Source of the DNA: Squalus acanthias
Taxonomy: Eukaryota
DNA length: 64,000 nucleotides
Direction of reading: 5' to 3'
Assembly (NCBI GenBank): GCA_030390025.1
Contig: CM059432.1
Span: 67,954,001 to 68,018,000, forward strand
The notes under the pieces were generated by a model, which had not been told where the DNA came from, ran no database searches, and worked only from the letters and a program-made list of their open reading frames with translations. Below, piece by piece: positions 39,469 to 51,496 of the stretch (the first letter of the stretch is position 1; the number at the start of each line of letters is the position of its first letter). The position numbers and the translations under genes were made by a program.

Positions 39469-40690
39469 ATGGGAACCATTTATATCCTCTCATCCTGGTC
39501 GACAGATTCGGAGGAAGAGTATCCGCAGCAGCAGCACAACCAGGTACAACAGCAGCACCAATGCCAGGAGCGCCTACCTCCTCCTCACCCACCTGATGCT
39601 GCACAGGGCAGAGGACATCAGCGCAGGGTGGCACGTCGCCGCAGGAGATACCCCCAATCACAAGGTTTACAGGCAGAGGATGAGCTTCCTCAACATGAGT
39701 GAGTAGCAATGCCAAAGGAGGCTGAGACTTTCGTGAGGTGGTCATTGACATCTGCACAATGCTGCACCAACACCTGGAGCCCAGAGGAGCAGGTGGACAC
39801 TCCTTACCAGTGGCTGTCAAAGTCATCACTGCACTCAACTTCTTTGCTTCGGGCTCCTTCCAGGGATCAAATGCAGACACCTGCATCATGCAGGTTACCG
39901 ATGCCCTCTTTGCAAAGGCGCACAATTACATCCACTTCTCCATGTATGAAGCATGTGTGACCGCGCATGCGGTTGGCTTTGTAAATATGGTAGGCTTCCC
40001 AAGGGTGTAGGGCATCATAGACTGCACACATGTGGCCATTAGGGCACCCCATCACAACCCAGCTGTATTTGTCAATCGCAAGGGATTCCACTCCTTTAAC
40101 GTCCAGCTGGTGTGTAACCACAGGAAGATCATCATGCATGTTTGCGCAAAATAACCTGGCAGTTGCTATGACTCATTCATCCTGCAGCAGTCTACTGGGC
40201 CTCAGCTCTTCAATCCACCAACCCAACTTTCCGGATGGCTACTTGGCGACAAGGGCTATCCCCTAAAAGAGTGTATCATGACACCGATGAGGAGGCCATC
40301 AAACGAGGCTGAGGAGCGCCACAATGTGAGCCACATTTCGACCAGAAGCATCATAGAGCAAACCATCAGCTTGCTCAAAATGCGATTCCGATGCCTCGAC
40401 AGATCTGGTGGAGCCCTGCAGTATGCACCATCCAGGGTGTCCTGAACCATTGTGGTCTGCTGTGCCCTGCACAACATCGCACAGCAGCATGGCTTAGCGC
40501 TGCCGGATGAACAAGTGGCTCAGCGCACAGCCTCCTTGGAAGAAGAGGAGGAGGATGAGGAGGACGAGGAGCCACGCCTTGCGAGGCCGGATGTGGCCAA
40601 TCCAGCAGCGTGCGACCACATTGCTGGCCGTCAGGTAAGGGATGCACTCATCCATGCCAGATTCGCGTATGCTTACACTTCAACCACAGG
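39469..40690 (+). pseudogene. Harbinger DDE transposase (HARBI1-like), disrupted
   Basis: [72 protein letters not shown]; several stops and frameshifts. Confidence 0.9.
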
Positions 40691-41123
40691 TGGCTGGCAT
40701 TTGGAGATGAATGTCAGGACGGGCTTCTTAACATGCCATACATCATCTGGCCAATAAATGGTGCTTTCCTATCACTCTCACCAACATCATTACAAATGCA
40801 AGTAGCCCTGAGCCCTCACTGTGCAACTTCCATTTCTCAGCACACCTAGGCCCAAAACTGAAACCTTTGCCATCATTTCTGTTGAATGCAATCACAATCT
40901 GGATGACAAGCGGTCATTTTTCACACAATAAAACACCCAAGTGACTACGCTTGTGACTATTTGTGTGTTAACTTCCTCTTACGCATGCTGCTACGTGGTA
41001 CTTCCCTTGTGACTTCAGCAGATGTACAGGCACCTTGCTCACTTTGATGCTGAGCCTGCTTAGATGCCTTTGGTGGGCGTCCTCTGGGTTTTAGAGCCTG
41101 GGAGGGCTCCGTAACAGTCTGCT

Positions 41124-44100
41124 TTTTAAAAAATTTGTTTTTGGGATGTGGGCGTCGCTGGCAAGGCCAGCATTTATTGCCCATCCCTAATTGCCCTTGA
41201 GAAGGTGGTGGTGAGCCGCCTTCTTGAACCGCTGCAGTCCGTGTGGTCAAGGTATTCCCACAGTGCTGTTAGGTAGGGAGTTCCAGGATTTTGACCCAGA
41301 GACGATGAAGGATCGGCGATATACTTCCAAGTCAGGATGCTGTGTGACTTGGAGGGGAACTTGGAGGTGGTGGTGTTCCCATGCGCCTGCTGCCCTTGTC
41401 CTTCTAGGTGGAAGAGGTTGCGGGCTTGGGAGGTGCTGCCGAAGAAGCCTTGGCGAGTTGCTGCAGTGCATCTTGTAGGCAGTACACACTGCAGCCACTG
41501 TACGCCGGTGGTGGAGGGAGTGAATGTTTAAGGTGGTGGATGGGGTGCCAATCAAGTGGGCTGCTTTGTCCTAGATGGTGTCGAGCTTCTTGAGTGTTGT
41601 TGGATCTGCACTCATCCAGGCAAGTGGAGAGTATTCCATCACACTCCTTACTTGTGCCTTGTAGATGGTGGAAAGGCTTTGGGGAGTCAAGAGGTGAGAC
41701 ACTCGCCGCAGAATACCTAGCCTCTGACCTGCTCTTGTTGCCACAGTATTTATGTGGCTGATCCAGTTAAGTTTCTGGTCAATGGTGACCCCCAGGATGT
41801 TGATGGTGGGGGATTCAGTGATGGTAATGCCATTGAATGTCATGGGGAGGTGGTTAGACTCTCGCTTGTTAGAGATAGTCATTGCCTGGCACTTCTGTGG
41901 AGCGAATGTTACCTGCCACTTATCAGCCCAGGCCTGAACATCGTCCAGGTCTTGTTGCATGCGGGCATGGACTGCTTCATTATCTGAGGAGTTGTGAATT
42001 GTGCTGAACACTGTGCAGTCATCAGTGAACATCCCCATTTCTGACTTTATTTTGGAGGGAAGGTCAGTGATGAAGCAGCTGAAAATGGTTGGGCCTAGGA
42101 CACTGCCCTGATGAACCCTTGCAGCGATGTCCTGGGGCTGTGATGATTGACCTTCAACCACCACAACCATCTTCCTTTCTGCTAGGTATGACTCCAGCCA
42201 GTGGAGAGTTTTACCCCCGATTCCCATTGACTTCAGTTTTACTAGGGCTCCTTGATGCCACACTCAGTCAAATGCTGCATTGATGTCAAGGGCAGTCACT
42301 CTCACCTCACCTCTGGAATTCAGCTCCTTTGTCCATGTTTGGACCAAGGCTGTAACGAGGTCGGGAGCCGAGTGGTCTTGGCAGAACCCAAACTGGGCAT
42401 CAGTCAGCTGGTTTTTGGTGAGTAAGTGCCGCTTGATAGCACTGTCGATGACACCTTCCATCACTTTGATGATGATTGAGAGTAGACTGATGGGGTGGTA
42501 ATTGGGCGGATTGGATTTGTCCTGCTTTTTGTGGACAGGACACACCTGGGCAGTTTTCCACATTGTCGGATAGATGCCAGTGTTGTAACTGTACTGGAAT
42601 AGCTTGGCTAGAGAGGCAGCTAGTTCTGGAGCACAAGTCTTCAGCACGATAGTCAGGATGTTGTCAGGGCCCATAGCCTTTGCTGTATCCAGTGCGCTCA
42701 GCCATTTCTTGATATCACATGGAGTGAATCGAATTGGCTGAAGACTGACTTCTGTGATGGTGGGGACCTCAGGAGGAGGCCGATATAAATCATCCACTCG
42801 GCACTTCTGGCTTAAGATGGTTGCAAACGCTTCAGCCTTGTCTTTTGCACTCACATGCTGGGCTCCACCATCATTTGAGGATTGGGATATTCATGGAGCC
42901 TCCTACTCCCGTTAGTTGTTTAATTGTCCACCACCATTCACGACTGGATGTGGCAGGACTTTGACCTGATCCGTTGATTGTGGATTCACCTAGCCCTGTC
43001 TATAGCATGCTGCTGCCGCTTTTTAACATGCTTGTAGTCCTGTGTTGCTGCTTCCCCAGGTTAGATACACCTGGTGCTGCTCCTGGCATGCTCTTCTAAA
43101 CACCTTTTATTGAACCAGGGTTGGTCCCCTGGCTTGGTGGTATTGGTAGAGTGAGGGATATGCCAAGCCATGAGGTTACAGATTGTGGTGGAATACAATT
43201 CTGCTGCTGCTGATGGCCAACAGCGCCTTATGGATGCCCAGTTTTGAGCTGCTAGATCTGTTCTGAATCTATCCCATTTAACACAGCGGTAGTGCCATAC
43301 AACACGATGTCCTCAGTGAGAAGACGGGAGTTCATCTCCACAATGACTGTGCGGTAGTCACTGCTACCAATACTGTCATGGACAGATGCATCTGTGATAG
43401 GTAGATTGGTGAGGATGAGGTCAAGTAGGTTTTTCCCTCATGTTGGTTCTTTCACCACCTGTCGCAGGCCCAGACTGGCAGTTATGTCCTTCAGGACTCG
43501 ACCAGCAGTGGTGCTACCGAGCCACTCTTGGTGATGGACATGAAGTCCCCCACCCAGATTACATTCTGTGCCCTTGCTACTCTCAGTGCTTCTTCCAAGT
43601 GGTGTTCAACATGGAGGAGTACTGATTCATCAGCTGAGGGAGGGCGGTAGGTGGTAATCAGCAGGAGGTTTCCTTGCCCACGCTTGACCTGAAGCCATGA
43701 GACTTCATGGGGTCCGGAGTCAATGTTGAGAACTCCCAGGGCCACTCCTTCCCGACTGTATACCACTGTGCCGCCACCCCTGGTGGGTCTGTCCTGCCGG
43801 TGGGACAGGACATACCCAGGAATGGTGATGGAGGAGTTGGGACATTGGCTGAAAGGTATGATTCTGTGAGTATGACTATGTCAGGCTGTTGTTTGACTAG
43901 TCTGTAGGACAGCTCTCCCAATTTTGGCACAAGTCCCCAGATGTTGATGAGAAGGACTTTGCAGGGTCGACTGGGCTGGGTGTGCCATTGCCATGTCCGT
44001 AGCCGATGCCAAGTGGTCCGTCCGGTTTCATTCTTATTATGTTTCGTAACGGTTAGTTACAACTTGCTAGGCCATTTCAGAGGGCTGAGAGTTTGGAGTC

Positions 44101-44353
44101 ACATATAGGCCAGGCCAGGTAAGGACGGTAGATTTCCTTCCCTAAAGGACATTAGTGAACAAGATGAGTTTTATACAACAATCCGATAGTCTCACGGTTA
44201 CCATTACTGATACTAGCTTTTTATTCCAGATTTATTTAATTAACTGAATTTAAATTCCCAAAATGCCATGGTGGGTTTTGAACTCATGTCTCTGAGATCA
44301 TTAGTCCAGGCCTCTGGATTACTAGCCCAGTGACATTACCACTATGCTACCAT
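41124..44353 (-). mobile_element. Apparently full-length LINE lineage B: tRNA-like head, single APE-RT ORF (decayed), A-rich tail
   Basis: 5' TGGTAGCATAGTGG (A box) and GAGTTCAAAAC (B box); APE motifs LINIWGL, DIVILTES, YRPP, VGDF; RT motifs; the host Harbinger exon resumes on both sides. Confidence 0.85.
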
Positions 44354-45237
44354 ACTTCCTGCGGCTGTGCAGGGGCTGAGATGGCCATCTCAGTTGGGTG
44401 CCGAATCTGGGGCTCTGACTGAGGACTCTGCAGTGGCATGGTCATGTGAGCACTTGGAGAGGAGCCCACACTTCCTTGTTGTCGGCCAACTACATCCCTC
44501 TCATGGGTCACCCACACTTCACTGCTAGCAAGTGGCTGGAGAGCACCTTGCTGCACATCAGTGGGGCCATGAGGACCCGTCTCTGCACTGACAGTCCTCA
44601 TAACGGGGACGTCCATATACCTCTGGTGTCTCTCCTCAATAGATGCCCATCTATCCTCCATAGCAGACCATCTATTTAGAAGAGTCACCATGCTCTGTTG
44701 AGTCTGGCGAGTTATGTCCTCCAAGGAGGTTGCCACCCTCTCCATGGTGGCACGTTCATGCGCCAGTGCCTCCACCACGGCAGTGCTCATGTTTGAGATG
44801 GACTCGTCCATTCTCTGCACACTTGCAGTTACCGTGGATGCAAACCCTGTCAGAGACTGCTGCACTTGTTGCTGAAGTTCCAGCAGCTCTCTCTTTCTGG
44901 ATGGCCCCAGAGGCACAGCGTCTGCATGCAGCTGAGTAGAACTAGGAGCGCCCTGCGACCTCCGACGAGGACTCTCCACTGCTGTGGCTGTCTCCACCAT
45001 CTGCTGATGCTCACTTGTGAGCTGTGATACACCAGGTGACAACACTACTCTATGTGGCGATGGACCCACGGAGGTGTGCATCTCTGCGCTGGTGCTGCGT
45101 GTGCTGAGTCCTGGTGACGCTGCTCCCTCAGAGGTTGCAGGTTCCTCTGAGGAGTCGTCCGGCTCTTCCTCCTGGACAGTGGGGAGGGGGGCTCTCGATG
45201 GTCCTGTGGGAGAGTAAAGGCATTACTTAGACATCTG

Positions 45238-45962
45238 GGGGGAAAAATTCGGTTGATTAGCACCTCCAGTTAGCGCCCTAAGAGGGCGCTAACGGGGCGC
45301 AAAGCAACTAGCACCTGGGCGCGGCGCCGCTAATGCCTCCCGTGAAATTCAGCGGGAGGTTAGCGGCGGCGGTAACCATTAGCGCCCCACAGCGCTGCGC
45401 CGCCGGCGATGATGTAATCGCCGTGCGCAGCGCCCCGCTCATGCCCCAGCTGCGATCTTCAGTAGCGCCCAACTTACTGCCAGACGCTATGTCTGACAGG
45501 GTCAGGGGGGCCTACCTGTGGCCAGGGCAGCACAAATTAAAGAGAAGGTGCCGGGCGGCCATTTTTGTTGCTGGCCGTCTGCCAGCACCTGCCCGCTTTG
45601 TCGTCCCCGGCCTTCTGTGCAGCCCCCCCAAGGAGTACCGGCTGCGCTCCGTGAGCCCAACACTTCTCTTGTGTGCCGGGCTCTTTTGCCGGCACTCCAA
45701 TCCCTGGTGGCCCAGCTGGGCCCCAGGTCATGCTGCGCTCGGCCCCTCCCCTTTAATAAGGGGTGGAAGTCCTGCAGTGCTGTGGCGCGACGTGCCGCAG
45801 CGCACCCAAGAGGGAGGCGGGATGCTTCCAGTAACGTCCCGCCTCCCTCTTGGGGTGCTACCGGTGAATTTCGGGTGCGGGGGCACTAACTTTTTCGGGG
45901 TGCTACTTTTAGCGCCCCAGCGAAGTTAGCGCCCCAAAGGGGGCGCGACCCAATTTCCCCCC
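45238..45962. mobile_element. CpG-rich MITE in intron 2 of the Harbinger Myb gene
   Basis: GGGGGAAAAATTCGG / CCCAATTTCCCCCC ends; multiple TTAGCGCC motifs. Confidence 0.75.
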
Positions 45963-47751
45963 CCGATATTTAGGTAGCAGACACATCCTATTGTGCAGAT
46001 GATCAAAAGTCAATCTCTATGAACATCATTTGCCATTTCAGTCAATCATGAAATGTAAATGAGAGGGTTTAAAATCTATTCTGTCACCAGCTTCATCTAA
46101 TACACCCGTCTCTCCGTCCCCCACTTCCAGCTCCTCGCCAACTCCCACGATCTTCTGAGCAGCCTCCTCAGTGCTAGTCAACGTTGAAAGGGATGGTCGC
46201 CCTCCTCCTGTCTTCGCTCTCCCTCTCTTATTATGGGCTATCTTTTCCTGCAAGGAGGGACACAAGTTGAGTTTCATCGAGATTGATGGAGTGAGTGTGA
46301 AGAATCCATAACATAGAAGCTTAGAGGGAGGCCAAGATGGAGTGAGGTGCCAAGAGGAAGGAGCCTCTCTGTGCATTGTTAGTTGTTGTCATTGCATAAC
46401 AGTGAGAGCAAGTGTGAGGGGTGCATAGTAGGATGGGGAAATGATTCTATACATAGAGAGAGAGGGATAGGTAAGGGTGCAAGGGAAGTAAGGTTAAGGT
46501 GGGATGTGAAGGAGCAGGCTGACAATGCAGAGTGCTGGTGATGAGGAGAGAAGGGAAGCAGATTGAAGTAAAGTGTGATGTGATACTCACTTTTGATGAG
46601 CGCAGAAGATCATTGAAGTGTTTTCGGCACTGGACCACTGTGCATGAGCAAACTGACCTTGCGCTTACCTCCTCAGCAATTCGCAGCCAGGTTGCCTTTG
46701 TTTGCTGAGGTGGCTTCCTCCGGCCATCGTGAGGGAACGGAATCTCCCTGCGCCCTCTTACTCCCTCCACAAGAGCTTGGAGGGAGTCTTCAGCAAACCT
46801 TGGAGAAGCCTTTGCCCTTGCAGCAGTCATAATGAGCTGGACAATTCCCAGAGCAGCAGAAAGGAAATGAGAAGCTAAAGCTACATGGGTCCTTTAAAAA
46901 CAACTGAATGAGTGACGTCAGCAGAGGCGAGCAGCAGACCCGCTCCCACTCATTGGGCCGGGTAGCGCGCATGGCAGAATTAATGAGCCCACTTAACTGA
47001 AAATCTAGATTGGGGAGTGGCTGAAACCGGTAGCGGGACCGGAAACCACCCACCAGGCAACCCGACTCCAACCCGACTCCCACCCGACTCTCCATTAAAT
47101 TCGCGGCCATTGTTGCAGAACACTATCCTGGACACACTCAAGAAAAACTATTTTGCTTATATAAATAAATGCCACAGCTGCATAAATTAATATACAGATT
47201 CCACTCTCAGTGCCTTTGGATTTGCCTTTTTGAGGCAGTAAACAGATGGTTATATAACAAAATATATTTTTACTTTCAAACAGCAAAATCAATTTAGCAA
47301 ATTTTGCATCTATTTAAGGTAGCTGAGAGCGGTAGAGCTTATAACCAACATCCTCTGTTAATGGGCAAGCATACTGTTAATGATAAACATATCCAGAAAT
47401 TACCTCAGCAAACAATGAGCATTATTTACCTGGGATAAGTCCCAAAGTATGTTATTGGATACAAATCTGCTTAAAAAAATCTTTGTGTTGTTATCAGATT
47501 AATATACAAAAACAAAATCACGTCACATGCATCCAGGATTTTCCACTCAATGCCAAATACTTAGGCCAGGATTTTGCGGGGGTGTCAGCGGGTGTGTTCG
47601 GTGGTGGGTCAGGTGGGAAAGTGTTTGTTTTTGACAGCGGGTCAGGGACCCACTGTCAACCCACCGCCACGCGCCTTTCCCAATGTCGGGTCTGTCAGCG
47701 CTGAGCAGACCCAACAGGCAGCGGCAGGGGACCCAATTAATCTCATTAATA

Positions 47752-48050
47752 AAAAGAACAACAGAAAACGCTGGAAAAACTCAGCAGGCCAGACAACATC
47801 CGTGGAGAGAGAAAGAGAGTTAACGTTTCAGGTCGATGACCTTTCGTCAGAACTGGAAAGAGCCGGAAATCAAATAGATTTAAGGCCAGGATAAAGCTGG
47901 GAAAAGGGGGAGGGGATAAAGGAACAAAAGGGGAGATTAAGAGACATTAAGAGATATTAGGAGATATGCAAGGCAAGAGGTGGTGTTAATGTGACAGGTT
48001 AAGGCTGAAAGAAGTGTGAAATCCACTGGCAGAATGAAGGACAGCTGCCA
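47752..48050 (-). mobile_element. Penelope-like element terminal fragment
   Basis: ACAGAAAACGCTGGAAAAACTCAGCAGG...GTTAACGTTTCAGGTCGATGACCTTTCGTCAGAAC, carrying a hammerhead core; flanked by CTCATTAATA direct repeats. Confidence 0.65.
47818..47854 (-). ncRNA. Minimal type I hammerhead ribozyme motif
   Basis: AGUU-CUGACGA-A-AGGUC-AUC-GACCU-GAA-ACGU-U/AACU: stem I AGUU/AACU, stem II 5 bp, palindromic ACGU in place of stem III. Confidence 0.7.
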
Positions 48051-50453
48051 GCTCATTAATATCTTTAATCTCATTAATATCTAGTTGACAAATCATTAAC
48101 AGACTTTTTTAACTTACCTTTTCACTTTAACTTCATGGCCACGGGAACCACGCTGTTCGGGGACCACGGCTGTCAACCTGAGGCAGGAGTTCAGTGGCCA
48201 TTGCTCCAGCTGATTACTTGACAGCTTCAAATGTACAATAAAAGCTCTCACCTGACAGATCATCACTTTCCTCAGCCACAAGCTGCATCTCAGTCCATTT
48301 CCAGCACAGATTCTGCAGGCTTTCCACGCTCCATTCACTCTCACCTCATTGGAAGAACTCTCTCACCATTGACAGAATGCTTCTGTCATCTCTACTTCAC
48401 CTGCCATCTATTCCATCAATATGGGTGCCCTTTATACTGCCTCATCTTAGTCCTCAGAATCAGACCACGATCAGCCCCAACACCAGCAGCACCAGGCACA
48501 CCAGCAACAACAGCAACCTTCTCCGCAATCACCTGATGCTGCACAGGACAGAGGGCATCAGCACCCGAGCAGATTGCTGCCCGGGAGGCCACGGATGGCC
48601 TCACCATGGCCAGATTTACTTCACTTGACACTGTACACCCTGGCTGCCACATGATGCGCCAGGTTGGCACCATCCCACAGCAACACCATAAAGCATCCCT
48701 ACAATGTCCAAGCCATTCCTTTCACACTCACCAGCATTGCGGGGAGTACCGTTATGTCTCACCATTCACTGCAACTCACTAAGCCACTTCCAAAGGTGCA
48801 CACAAATCTGTCCAAGAATGCAAAGTGTTGAAAATAAAGGTTTCCATGTTTAACAGCACATTAATAGAAGCTTTACATGAACATTGGATAAAACACCCAA
48901 GTGGCTACCCTTGTGTGTTAGTTGGTATGATTGCACTAGGATGAGGGTGAGTGTAAGGGGTGGCTAATGAGATGGGATGTGATAATGTAGATAGAGAGAG
49001 GGATGGGTGGGGGTGCAAGGTAAGTTGGTATGAGTAAGGATGTGCAGGAGTAGGGTAAGGAAGGCAGAGTGATGGGGATGTGATGAGAGGCACAGCAGGA
49101 TGAAGGTGAGTGTGGCATTGTACTAACATTTCATGATCTAATGAAATCATTGAAAGGTTTGCGCCACTGCACCCAGGTCCTCCTGACCCTATCCCTGCTT
49201 GTGCCCTCCTGTGCAATGTGCAACCAGGCTGTGTTGGTCTCCTGGGGAGGTGTCTTCCGCCCATCGGAAGGGAAGAGGACCTCCCTGCATGCTCTGACTC
49301 CCTCCATAAGCATATGGAGGGAATCATGGGAGAACCTGGGTGCAGCCGTGCACCTCTGTGCAGTCATTGTCAGTGTTTGCAGCATTTCAATGTTGTAGAA
49401 CACTGACAGCACAAATGTCAAAATAAAGTTGGCCATGGTCCCTTTAAGGAAACCGGCTGATGACGTGTCATGAATGACGTCACCAGACCTGCTTCCTCTA
49501 ATTGGCCCGGGAAATGCGCTGGGCAGGCTTAACAAGCCCTATCAATGGAAAGTCATTTGACAAAGCGGGATGGAGCCAGCAGCGGGGTCACAAACCGCCA
49601 CCGACATCGCCCGCACGGACCCGCCGAGGTAAGTAAAATCATGGCCATTACTGTTTAGCTCACCCACAGTAGTTGAATAAACAAATATTATTGAAGCAGT
49701 GATTTGTTTTCTAATTATAACTGCAAACAAAAGGATAGTGTGCCTGTCTCTGCCTGCCTCTCTCTCTCTCAGCTTGACATGCTTTCTGAAGGAAAAAATG
49801 ACTTTAATTGTTTTTACTTTTATAATTTAATGAAAACCTACTCAAAATAATTTGAGATTGTATTCAAATCGCTTTCAAAAACATACAAAGTAAAATACAG
49901 TCCACAATAGGTTGCCAGTGAGCAAGGCTCACACTATATCCACCTTCTGGCTCCAGCAAGTTGCCTGAACCATTTTCATGGTCAGGCCTCAGTTAAATAT
50001 TTTTGGTGAGTTGCCAATGTTCAGTGAGCGGACTGAGGGGGCGGGTTGGTGGGGTGGGGGGGGGGGTGAAAATCCAGTGGTTCCTCCATGAAGTCAGACC
50101 ACAAAGAGGGAGGTGAAGCAATCTGTGAGTCCACGGCGTGGCTAGCAGTGAGCCTGAAGATGTTTGTGGGGCCAGGAGGACCATTTATGGCAGGAGCTCT
50201 ACCTGCCTGAAAAATTGCGCCAGCCAGCCAATGGGTGGGCATTGTTTATTCCAATTTCAACTGTTGACCACCCCCATTTTCCAACACAAACAGGGTGGGC
50301 AGCAGTTGAAAATTGCCCCCAATTTGCCTCAGATTGTTTGAAATTCAGTGATAGACAAAAGCTGCTGCAGGTGTATGATGAGTGCTGTCTGTCATATTTA
50401 AAGTGTGTCTCTGTTCCTGCTTCTCTCTCTCACATATATGCATGCATATACTT

Positions 50454-50478
50454 ACACACACACACACACACACACACA
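50454..50478. repeat. (AC)n microsatellite
   Basis: About 12 AC units. Confidence 0.95.
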
Positions 50479-51496
50479 CTGGTTCTCTATTTTTTTTTAA
50501 ATCAACTAGATAGGGTTTGTGAATCCTGTAGTGATTTACTTGACTCACCACAAGTATGAATCAGAAAATTACGGGTAGCATGCCTGTGATCTTTGAATCC
50601 ATGTTTGTAGCAGGGCAAGTACCCCATGAACTATTGAGGACTCAGGTAATCTATCATTTAATATAACCTTCACTGGAATGATTTTTTGAATTTTTTCCTT
50701 CAAATTGTTTGGCAAAACAAAAACTTTAGAGCTGAAGAGAAACATTTTTCCAGTTGAGTTGACAAAATGTTACTGAAGTACCTCGATAAATTGTGTACAC
50801 TGCAGACTCTCATACTGCAGGATCTCTCTTTTGCTTACAGTCACAGTTCTAAGCTTCAAGTAAAAACAATGATGAATGTATTCAAAGACAAACTTATCAT
50901 TAAGTTTAATTATTTTTTGTGAAAGGTGTAATTTTTTCGCATTTTCAATGTTACAAATCTTATTTTAGACATCAGAAATTTCAACCACTAAGAAAAAAAC
51001 GGCAGACAAAATGTTCTCAAAAAGAATTCATTAATTTGATTGTTCGCCTTTTTTATTTTATTTGTAGTTTCGCCTGATTGGTTATTCATAATTGGTTGTT
51101 TTCATATGTCCTCAGTAATTTATCTTCGGCAGTATTCTAGCTGCTATCCTTGCTATTGATTCATACATTCCTTATGTTATCAGCTCTGATCTGCTTCTGT
51201 TTTATTTGGAGCCAATTAACAAAAAGTGTGATTGATAAAATGTATATGGGAATGTGTGATGGGGTAAGTGTTACAGGAAGTGTATACAATACACAAGATG
51301 TTTAATATATATACACATTTCACTTTTGTGTGTTTGTTAGAGATGGAGGTGGATGTAAAGGCTTATTTTGGTGTTTGCCTATTTTTGCAGCTTGTTTAGA
51401 ATAGAAGACTTTTTAATTAAAATTATAAAATGCACCTAAAATGGTAGAAAGATGCTCTGTACTTCATATAAATTGCACTCCTTTAAAGTATGCTAC

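Larger units (their letters stand above)
40957..46830 (-). pseudogene. Harbinger Myb/SANT-like (NAIF1/MSANTD-like) DNA-binding gene, 3 exons, split by a LINE
   Basis: Exons 46830-46591, 46247-46088 and 45203-44354 plus 41123-40957; GT-AG sites in phase; PRF...WLRIAEEV...QCRKHFNDL trihelix; C-terminal PRGRPPK and RKRK. Confidence 0.82.
38930..47108. mobile_element. Full-length two-gene PIF/Harbinger transposon with two nested insertions
   Basis: TIRs GGCTGCGAATTT / AAATTCGCGGCC; TSD ATT confirmed by restoring the host CR1 frame; convergent transposase (+) and Myb/SANT-like gene (-). Confidence 0.93.
33712..47150 (-). mobile_element. Old CR1 LINE in four pieces (33712-33870, 35118-35692, 37403-38929, 47109-47150)
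   Basis: The pieces are colinear once insertions are removed, e.g. FLECVQDSVLQ|QYVLEPTRGHAILDL across the Harbinger and AAATCCATTT|CCACAGTTTTG across the younger CR1. Confidence 0.85.
47564..49646 (-). mobile_element. Non-autonomous Harbinger derivative, sister copy of 8917-10803 in the opposite orientation
   Basis: TIRs GGCCAGGATTTT / AAAATCATGGCC; same internal junctions as 8917-10803; TSD not clean. Confidence 0.82.

Noticed and set aside
39469..40690. Host HARBI1/NAIF1 genes
   Set aside because: Multiple decayed copies inside TIR-bounded elements with stops and frameshifts; these are transposons, not the domesticated loci.
45333..45929. 198-aa and similar ORFs in GC-rich segments (also 33025-33369 and 7829-8248)
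   Set aside because: Stop-poor frames expected in GC-rich MITEs, with no recognisable domain.
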